From NCBI GenBank assembly GCA_964464755.1, contig CAYXGZ010000006.1, positions 17,445-81,444 on the forward strand: DNA of 64,000 bases, given 5' to 3'. The position numbers and the translations under genes are program-made. Positions within the stretch are counted from its first letter, which is position 1, and the number at the start of each line of letters is the position of its first letter. Origin of the DNA: an uncultured Planctomycetales bacterium. Its GTDB lineage: Bacteria; Planctomycetota; MHYJ01; JACPRB01. The notes beneath the pieces are model-generated. The model made no database searches, was not told the DNA's origin, and was given only the letters and a program-made list of their open reading frames with translations. Shown here in pieces: positions 29,149-37,347 of the stretch.

Positions 29149-29895
29149 ATGTCGCCCACCCGCAAGAACCGCGTGCTCGTCGTCATCCCCTCCCGCTTCG
29201 GCGCGCTCCGCCTGCCCGGCAAGCCCCTGCTCGACGAGACGGGCAAGCCGATGGTGCAGCACGTCTGGGAGCAGGTCTGCCGGGCCCGCCGCGTGGACCG
29301 CATCGTGATCGCCACCGACGACGAGCGCATCCGCCGCGCGGCCCAGGCCTTCGGCGCCGAGGCGCTGATGACCTCGGCCTCGCACCCGAACGGGACCTCG
29401 CGCTGCGCCGAGGCGGCCGCGAAGCTCCCCTGCGACTGGGTGATCAACGTCCAGGGCGACGAGCCGGACCTGGACCCCGAGTTCATCGACCGGACGGTCG
29501 ACCTGCTCAAGGGCGCGGAGATGAGCACCGCCGCGACCCCGCACCTGCCGGAGTCCGAGGCCTCCAACCCGAACCGGGTGAAGGTCGTGACGGACAAGGA
29601 GGGCTGGGCGCTCTACTTCTCGAGGTCGCGCATCCCCTCCGCGGGCCCCTGCCTGCTCCACGTCGGCGTCTACGGCTTCCGCAAGGCCTTCCTCAAGAAG
29701 GTCGCGCGCTTCGTGCCGACCCCGCTGCAGGAACTCGAGCGGCTCGAGCAGCTCCGCGTGCTCGAGAACGGGCACCGGATCCGCGTCGCGGTCGTCGAGA
29801 AGCCGAACCCGGGCGGCATCGACACGCCCGAGGACTACGCGCGCTTCGTCGCGCGCTACCGCGAGTCGAAGTCGGGACGCAAGAACTGTCCTTGA
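29149..29895 (+). CDS. kdsB: 3-deoxy-manno-octulosonate cytidylyltransferase (CMP-Kdo synthetase)
   Basis: VVIPSRFGALRLPGKPL, ATDDERI, NVQGDEP and HVGVYGFR motifs. Length of 248 aa fits KdsB. Confidence 0.9.
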   Translation: MSPTRKNRVLVVIPSRFGALRLPGKPLLDETGKPMVQHVWEQVCRARRVDRIVIATDDERIRRAAQAFGAEALMTSASHPNGTSRCAEAAAKLPCDWVINVQGDEPDLDPEFIDRTVDLLKGAEMSTAATPHLPESEASNPNRVKVVTDKEGWALYFSRSRIPSAGPCLLHVGVYGFRKAFLKKVARFVPTPLQELERLEQLRVLENGHRIRVAVVEKPNPGGIDTPEDYARFVARYRESKSGRKNCP

Positions 29896-29922
29896 CCGCT
29901 TTCGAGGCGGCGTGATACATAG

Positions 29923-31915
<1,993 letters not shown>

Positions 31916-31928
<13 letters not shown>

Positions 31929-32863
31929 CGTTCGCCCTCGCGGGCGACGCGGAAGCCGCGGAGCTCCAGCGCCTCGCGCGCCGGCCCGTCCACGATCAGC
32001 GGGTTCGAGTGGTTCAGGTGGATGAAGCGGACCCGCCCCGCCCAGCGGCCGAGCCGCGCCTCGCTCTCCCCCGCCAGCGGGTGCGGCACCCTCGAGGCGT
32101 CGCGGTGGCCGAGCTCGTCGGTCGACATGAAGGTGCAGTCGAGGAACGCGAGGTCGCAGGACTCCACGTGGTCCTCGATGCGGCCCGGCGATCTCGGATC
32201 CGCGTCCCACTTCTCCCACTTGTCGATGTCGGGGATGAAGATCGCCGTGCGGCGCGGGCCGCGGATGCGGTAGCCGACCGTGTCGGTGAACTCGTCGCGG
32301 TGCGGGACGAGGAAGGACGACACCGTGACGCCGTCGCCGAGGTCGAGGACCGCGCCGGGGGCGAGCGGGCGCAGCTCGACGTGGCGGTCCTTGGCGAGCA
32401 GGCTCCAGGGACCGTTGGCGGCGAGGAAGGCCGTCATGCGCGGCGTGCCGTGGACCGGGACCGCGTCCGCGGAGAGCGTCTCCTTGCCGAGGTACATCAG
32501 GCCGGTGTAGTGGCCGATGTGGCCGTGCGTCAGGAAGATGCCGTCGACGGGCTTGCGGCGGGGACGCTCGAGGCCCGCGACGAGCGCGTGGATTTGCGCG
32601 GGCAGGTCCGGGGTCGCCTCGAAGAGGTAGGCCCGGCCGAGCGCCCGGTTCACGAGTCCGAGGCTGACGACTTTCTCCGGGCGGCGCCGGCCCTCGCGGA
32701 CGTCCGTACAGGGCGGCTTCGGGCAGCCGAGGTGCGGCATGCCGCCGTCCTGCGCGATGCCGAGGACGACGAGTTCCCAGCCGGCGGCCGGGGCCGGGGC
32801 GGGCGGGGTCGGCGCGCAGGAGACGGCCAGGGCGAGCAGCAGGGCCGCGAGGCAGGTGCGCAT
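31916..32863 (-). CDS. secreted MBL-fold metallo-hydrolase (PqqB-like)
   Basis: ATG at 32863, with frame checked against the stop at 31916. Lipoprotein-like signal MRTCLAALLLALAVSC. LTHGHIGHYTG metal motif. The remaining 5' part of the track ORF is run-through. Confidence 0.8.
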
Positions 32864-32874
32864 GGGGATCCCGA

Positions 32875-33825
32875 TCATACGGCGTGGTGGAGCGGCGCGG
32901 CGCTCGCGATCGCCTCGGCCTCGGCGAGGATCGCGGTCGGCAGCGCCGGCAGCGCCGTGGTCTCCTCGAGCTGGACGGGCGCGGTCGCGCCGACGATGAC
33001 GCTGGTCACCTCGGGACGGCGCAGGCACCAGGCGAGGGCGAGCTGGCCCGCGGTGCAGCCCGCGCGCGCGGCGAGGTCGACCCAGCGGCGCACGACGGCC
33101 TCGAAGTCCGGCTTGAGGTAGGCGAGGACGAAGCGGTTGTTCTTCTCGTCGGCGGCGCGGGATCCGGCGGGCCGGCCCGCGAGGTACTTCCCCGTGAGGA
33201 CGCCCTGGGCGAGCGGGCTCCAGACGACGACGCCGAGGCCCTCGGCGGCGCAGGCGGCGAGCACGCCGTTCTCGATGTTGCGCTCGAAGACGTTGTAGGG
33301 CGGCTGGTCGACGACGGGCTTGTAGCGGCGGGCGGTGGCGCACGCGGCGCGGATCTGTTCCGGGGTCCAGCACGAGACGCCCCAGTGGTGGACGAGGCCG
33401 CGGGCGACGAGGTCCTCCATCGCGGTCACGGTCTCCTCGAGCGGGACCTCGGGGTCGTAGCGATGGCAGTAGTAGAGGTCGACGTACGGCGTCTTCAGGC
33501 GCTCGAGGGAGGCGGCGCAGGACTCGAGGACGTGCTTGCGGGAGAGGCCGCGGTCGTTGGGGCCGGGGCCGGTGGGCCAGTAGACCTTGGAGGCGAGGAC
33601 GACGGAGGAGCGGCGGACGCCGTCGAGGGCGGCGCCGAGGGCGCGCTCGCAGGCGCCCTGCGCGTAGGCGTCGGCGGTGTCGAGGTGGTTGACGCCGAGG
33701 TCGAGCGCGCGGCGGACGACGGCGCGGGTGCGGTCCTCGTCGACGGCGCCGCCGTAGGTGAGCCAGCCGCCGAGGGAGACGCGGCTGATGCGGAGGCCGG
33801 TGCGGCCCAGGGCGCGATAGTCCAT
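32875..33825 (-). CDS. aldo/keto reductase
   Basis: MDYRALGRTGLRISRVSLGGW N-terminus and GVNHLDTADAY motif. ATG at 33825 chosen over the upstream track start. Confidence 0.9.
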   Translation of the reverse strand: MDYRALGRTGLRISRVSLGGWLTYGGAVDEDRTRAVVRRALDLGVNHLDTADAYAQGACERALGAALDGVRRSSVVLASKVYWPTGPGPNDRGLSRKHVLESCAASLERLKTPYVDLYYCHRYDPEVPLEETVTAMEDLVARGLVHHWGVSCWTPEQIRAACATARRYKPVVDQPPYNVFERNIENGVLAACAAEGLGVVVWSPLAQGVLTGKYLAGRPAGSRAADEKNNRFVLAYLKPDFEAVVRRWVDLAARAGCTAGQLALAWCLRRPEVTSVIVGATAPVQLEETTALPALPTAILAEAEAIASAAPLHHAV

Positions 33826-33884
33826 CGGCGGAGATTGTAGCGGAAGCTGCATGGGGCATGGAGCATTGGGATTGGAGGATTCCG

Positions 33885-33927
33885 GATGCCCGATGCCGGT
33901 ACCCAGATGTCGCATGCCGGATGCCGG
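33885..33927. repeat. 15-nt imperfect direct repeat (GATGCCCGATGCCGG / CATGCCGGATGCCGG), each a doublet of ATGCC(C/G)G
   Basis: The copies lie at 33885-33899 and 33913-33927, with 13 of 15 positions identical. They sit in the non-coding left border of the islet. Confidence 0.6.
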
Positions 33928-34067
33928 AGACGGGCTGTCGAGTGCTGGAAAGGTTAGGCACCAACGATCGGAGCCCACGGATCGGCTAGAACCTCCACCG
34001 GGCGACCTTGGATTCCAATACGCTCTGATGTCAAACAAAGGTACATTCTGGCGCAGGAGGAGGACTT

Positions 34068-35102
34068 GTGGCTTGGACTGAGCGCCGGTTCACCAAGGGA
34101 GAGATCGACAGGGCTGGGGACTTGTTCCGAATTGAGCAACCTCTTGAAGACGGATTGGTCAGAGCATACGAGGTTCTTGACAATTGGCGTTCAGCTCACA
34201 GCTTCCCCCTCAATGCGATGCAGATCTGGCTTCGGCGTAACGCACGGTCCGTAAGTAAGACTGCCCTGATCGCCCAGCGTCTCAAGCGCGTTGTCTCCAT
34301 CGTTTTGAAGCTACGGCGCTTCCGTGACATGAAATTATCTCGGATGCATGATCTCGGGGGCTGTCGCGCCGTGATGACGAACGTTGACGAAGTCCGAAGG
34401 GTCGAGGCGCAATTCAAGAAGTCTGAGAGCAGACACGAACTCGCAAGATGCGACGACTACATTTCGGCTCCTAAGGATGATGGCTACCGGAGCATCCACC
34501 TGGTGTACAAGTACAAGTCTCAACAAACGCCTGCCTATGACGACCAGCGTATTGAGATTCAACTGCGATCTAAGCTCCAGCACGCATGGGCAACTGCGGT
34601 CGAAACTGCGGACACCTTCAATCGGGAGAACTTGAAGGGTGGCCAAGGGTCTGAGGACTGGAAGCAGTTCTTCAGACTCGTGAGTGCGTCCTTTGCCGCA
34701 TTGGAGGGCACGCCAACCGTTGCCAACACGCCGGGCGACCCTAAAGCTCTCAGGGCGGAAATCGGCGCGCTCGACTACAGCCTCGGAGCTAGTAGGGTGT
34801 TAAACGCATTCCGAGTGATGGACTACTACAAGGAGAAGCACGGGCAAGATGGAGATAGGTTCTATCTGCTGGTGCTCGACTCTGAAACGAACCGAATTGA
34901 GGTCAAGAGATACCGCAAGGACGAGCAGAAGAAAGCGACCGCGGACTACCTAACTGAAGAACGTAGGATACGGGACAACCCCAAGGGCCAAGCGGTACTG
35001 GTGTCAGTAGACTCCTTGAGGTCTCTCAAGCGCGCCTATCCCAACTATTTCGGCGACACTACGTTCTTCCTCCAGCAATTCAAGCGCGTCATGAACTACT
35101 AG
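34068..35102 (+). CDS. RelA/SpoT-domain nucleotidyltransferase (small-alarmone-synthetase/toxSAS-like) with uncharacterised C-terminal domain
   Basis: GTG start with AGGAGGAGGA SD at 34055-34064. Synthetase-core motifs MHDLGGCRAV, DYISAPKDDGYRSIHLVYKY and RIEIQLRSKLQHAWATAVE. No HD, TGS or ACT domains. Residues from about 190 to 344 could not be placed. Confidence 0.85.
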   Translation: MAWTERRFTKGEIDRAGDLFRIEQPLEDGLVRAYEVLDNWRSAHSFPLNAMQIWLRRNARSVSKTALIAQRLKRVVSIVLKLRRFRDMKLSRMHDLGGCRAVMTNVDEVRRVEAQFKKSESRHELARCDDYISAPKDDGYRSIHLVYKYKSQQTPAYDDQRIEIQLRSKLQHAWATAVETADTFNRENLKGGQGSEDWKQFFRLVSASFAALEGTPTVANTPGDPKALRAEIGALDYSLGASRVLNAFRVMDYYKEKHGQDGDRFYLLVLDSETNRIEVKRYRKDEQKKATADYLTEERRIRDNPKGQAVLVSVDSLRSLKRAYPNYFGDTTFFLQQFKRVMNY

Positions 35103-35126
35103 CTAGAAGCCGCTGATCGCACGCGC

Positions 35127-35486
35127 CTACTTCTTGACCTGCTGTATGGCGCGCTGGATCAAGGCTTCGATCTTCGGCTGAATGCGCTCGACCAGCGCAA
35201 ACTGCGTCATGTATAGGCTGAAGACGATGTGATTCCCTTCCTCCGAGTCCATGTACTTGAGTAGGGCATCCAGGTACTTGGGCCGGAACTTCTCTTCCAT
35301 CACGTCGCCGTAGAGCTTGGCCAGTTCCATCGCTCCTTCGCGCGCGATTTGGCCGTGTTCGGCTTCATCGAGCTTTCCGACGAAAGCCGGAGTCGCCCGT
35401 AGCTTTGCGAACTGGCTCAACAACAAGTCTCGGTACATCTGCTCCATCCCGAGTTGCTGCATGAAGCTGGCCACGCGCGCATCCAT
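35127..35486 (-). CDS. small all-helical hypothetical protein (weakly DUF2059-like)
   Basis: ATG at 35486 with GAGGGAGGA SD; the track start at 35501 is a TTG. Lower-GC codon usage like its neighbour. The segment KFRPKYLDALLKYMDSEEGNHIV resembles the DUF2059 pattern. Family assignment is weak. Confidence 0.6.
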   Translation of the reverse strand: MDARVASFMQQLGMEQMYRDLLLSQFAKLRATPAFVGKLDEAEHGQIAREGAMELAKLYGDVMEEKFRPKYLDALLKYMDSEEGNHIVFSLYMTQFALVERIQPKIEALIQRAIQQVKK

Positions 35487-35507
35487 GTCATCCTCCCTCA
35501 AGGATCG

Positions 35508-35584
35508 TGGTACCCCCGGACGGGTTCGAACCGTCGGCCTGCGGTTTAGGAAACCGCCGCTCTATCCAATTGAGCTACGGGGGC
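35508..35584 (-). tRNA. tRNA-Arg (anticodon CCT), CCA encoded
   Basis: Minus-strand sequence GCCCCCGTAGCTCAATTGGATAGAGCGGCGGTTTCCTAAACCGCAGGCCGACGGTTCGAACCCGTCCGGGGGTACCA folds by hand into a cloverleaf. It has a 7-bp acceptor stem (G1-U72 wobble), D-arm GCTC/GAGC, anticodon stem GCGGT/ACCGC with loop TTCCTAA, and T-arm GACGG/CCGTC with loop TTCGAAC. Confidence 0.9.
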
Positions 35585-35593
35585 GCGACGGCG

Positions 35594-35599
35594 ATTATA
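35594..35599 (-). promoter_or_regulatory. -10 box TATAAT 9 nt upstream of the tRNA 5' end
   Basis: The minus strand reads CGTATAATCGCCGTCGC followed by the tRNA. I found no convincing -35 element. Confidence 0.4.
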
Positions 35600-35677
35600 C
35601 GAGGGCGTCACGAATCGCCGCTCCACTTCGGGCTAATTGCTAACTGCTGATTGCTTCCCTGCTCTTCCCGCTCGCTG

Positions 35678-36427
35678 CTACCCGGCCGCGCACAGCACTT
35701 CCGGCGGCTCGCCCACGGCCACGATCGCGCCCAGGTGGACGCTGCGCACCCCCGGCTCCGCGCTCACCGTCAGGCCGCCCGCCGCCGGCTTCAGCCGCGT
35801 CGGCCGGTTCGTCGCCAGCACCTGCAGCGCCAGCACCTCGCCCGCCTGCAGCGCGTAGCGGCCCGCCAGCCGCGCCTCCACGTAGCACGGGATCCTCGGC
35901 TCCTCGTGCATCCGCCGGCCGATGCCGTGCCCGCAGTACTGCCGCACCGGTTCCGCCCCCTCCGCCTTCAGCACCCGCTCGATGCGCTCCGACAGCACCG
36001 ACACGTCCGCCCCCGGCCGCGCCGCGTCCACCGCGTCCTTCAGCGCCTTCCCCGCCGTCGACACGAGCACCGCCGCCTCGCCCGGCAGCGTCCCGACCCC
36101 GTACGTGTGCGCCCAGTACGCGAAGTGCCCTTCGTCCGTGATCCCCAGCTGCAGCTTCAGCACGTCGCCCTCGGCCAGCGGGCGCGGCCCGGGCACGCCG
36201 TCGATCACCTCCTCGTTCACGGACGTGGTGATCGTCGCCGGGTAGCCCCGGTAGCCCTTGAAGGAGGACCGCACCCCGTAGGTCTCGACCAGGTCCGCCG
36301 CCAGCCGGTCCAGCGACGCGGTCGTCGCGCCCGGCTTCACGGCCCGCGCCAGGTCCCGCGCGATCTCGCGCAGCACCCAGGCCAGGTCCCGCATCCCGTC
36401 GAGCTCCTCCGGCGCGTAGACCGCCAT
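35678..36427 (-). CDS. methionine aminopeptidase-fold protein with substituted metal ligands (probable pseudo-enzyme)
   Basis: Collinear with type I MetAP (GYRGYP..., YCGHGIGRRMHEEP). The positions equivalent to E. coli D97, D108 and E235 read Q, Y and Q, and H79 reads D. Confidence 0.85.
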   Translation of the reverse strand: MAVYAPEELDGMRDLAWVLREIARDLARAVKPGATTASLDRLAADLVETYGVRSSFKGYRGYPATITTSVNEEVIDGVPGPRPLAEGDVLKLQLGITDEGHFAYWAHTYGVGTLPGEAAVLVSTAGKALKDAVDAARPGADVSVLSERIERVLKAEGAEPVRQYCGHGIGRRMHEEPRIPCYVEARLAGRYALQAGEVLALQVLATNRPTRLKPAAGGLTVSAEPGVRSVHLGAIVAVGEPPEVLCAAG

Positions 36428-36431
36428 GGGA

Positions 36432-37271
36432 TCAGCGCCGGCCCTGGCGGTACTTCGCCTGGTAGGACGTGAACCAGCTCGTCATGTACTCGAGCAGCTT
36501 CCGCTGCGCCGGGCTCAGCGCCCCGAAGACGATCCCGGTCGGGTGCCCCGTCGCGCCCGCGGCGGGCTCCTTCGACCACACGACCTGCCCCCCGGCCTCC
36601 AGCGTGTCGGCGAACTTCGTCAGGTGCAGGGTGAACTTCACGGCCGTCCCCACCGCGAGCTTCTCCGTCGCCAGCACCTGCGCGCCCTCGGCGTTCAGGC
36701 TGCTCACCGAGGCCAGGAGGTTGCGCGACCGGCCGATCCCCATGAAGCCCGACTTCGTCAGCGTCGCCGTGTAGTCGTGGACCGCGAAGTGCTCCTCGGG
36801 GGCCGCGGCCTCCCAGGGCGGCGCCGCCGTCGGCGCGGGCCGCGCCCGGTCCGACGGGTAGCGGTCCCGCACCGGCTCCGCCTTCCCCTGCGCCCCGCCC
36901 GCGAGGAACTTGTCGCGCTTGCCGATCGCCGTGAAGATCTCGTCCCACTTCACCCCGATCGTGATGCGCTGCTCGCCCTCCACCGTCGCCGTCTCCACCC
37001 AGCGCACGACGCCCCGCGCGTGGAAGAGGTCGTTCGTCGCCGTCTCGCGGATCTCCACCGTCAGGACCGTCCCCTTCTCGACCGCCTCGATGACGCCGAG
37101 CCGGGCCCCGCCCGAGCTCACGTCGAGCACCGCGATCGCCAGGTTGCGCCGGCCCCGGATGCTCCGCCCCTCCTCGACCCGGTAGCAGGAGACCGTGAAC
37201 CCCTCCGGCGTGCGCCGGTCGTGGCGCCGCGCGCTGCGGCCCGACGACGAGGGGGTGCGGTCCGTGGGCAT
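36432..37271 (-). CDS. tandem PilZ-domain protein (first domain canonical, second degenerate)
   Basis: RRHDRR (RxxxR) followed by DVSSGG (DxSxxG) in domain 1. Domain 2 keeps the beta-barrel pattern but lacks both motifs (SLNAEG). Confidence 0.8.
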   Translation of the reverse strand: MPTDRTPSSSGRSARRHDRRTPEGFTVSCYRVEEGRSIRGRRNLAIAVLDVSSGGARLGVIEAVEKGTVLTVEIRETATNDLFHARGVVRWVETATVEGEQRITIGVKWDEIFTAIGKRDKFLAGGAQGKAEPVRDRYPSDRARPAPTAAPPWEAAAPEEHFAVHDYTATLTKSGFMGIGRSRNLLASVSSLNAEGAQVLATEKLAVGTAVKFTLHLTKFADTLEAGGQVVWSKEPAAGATGHPTGIVFGALSPAQRKLLEYMTSWFTSYQAKYRQGRR

Positions 37272-37347
37272 GCCTCCATTCTAGCGATTTCGGGGAACCT
37301 GCGGCGCGGGCCCGCGTCCAAGCGGGCGTACCCTCAAGGAGGCCGCC

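Larger units (their letters stand above)
33826..35507. other. lower-GC genomic islet abutting the 3' end of tRNA-Arg(CCT); two genes, no integrase
   Basis: By eye, composition drops from about 70% GC to the low or mid 50s. Third codon positions are frequently A/T, and AGA/AGG/TTG/ATA codons appear that are almost absent from flanking genes. The islet is bounded by a core AKR gene and a tRNA. Confidence 0.65.

Noticed and set aside
33898-33942. Possible att-type partial copy of the tRNA-Arg 3' end (GGTACCC ... GACGGG..TCGA).
   Set aside because: Only a 7-mer and a gapped match of about 10 nt are present, separated by unrelated sequence. That is not distinguishable from chance by eye, so it is kept as a note inside the islet finding rather than called as a feature.
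33851-34081. 76-aa ORF (and the antisense ORF 33954-34139) in the left border of the low-GC islet.
   Set aside because: It has no SD and would overlap the RelA/SpoT start. The sequence is dominated by translation of the ATGCCGG repeats, with no coding-like periodicity visible.
35600-35677. Small ORFs 35637-35858 and 35640-35888 between the tRNA and the MetAP-like gene.
   Set aside because: They overlap the 3' end of the MetAP-like gene out of frame or antisense, are Arg/Ala/Gly-rich, and have no SD.
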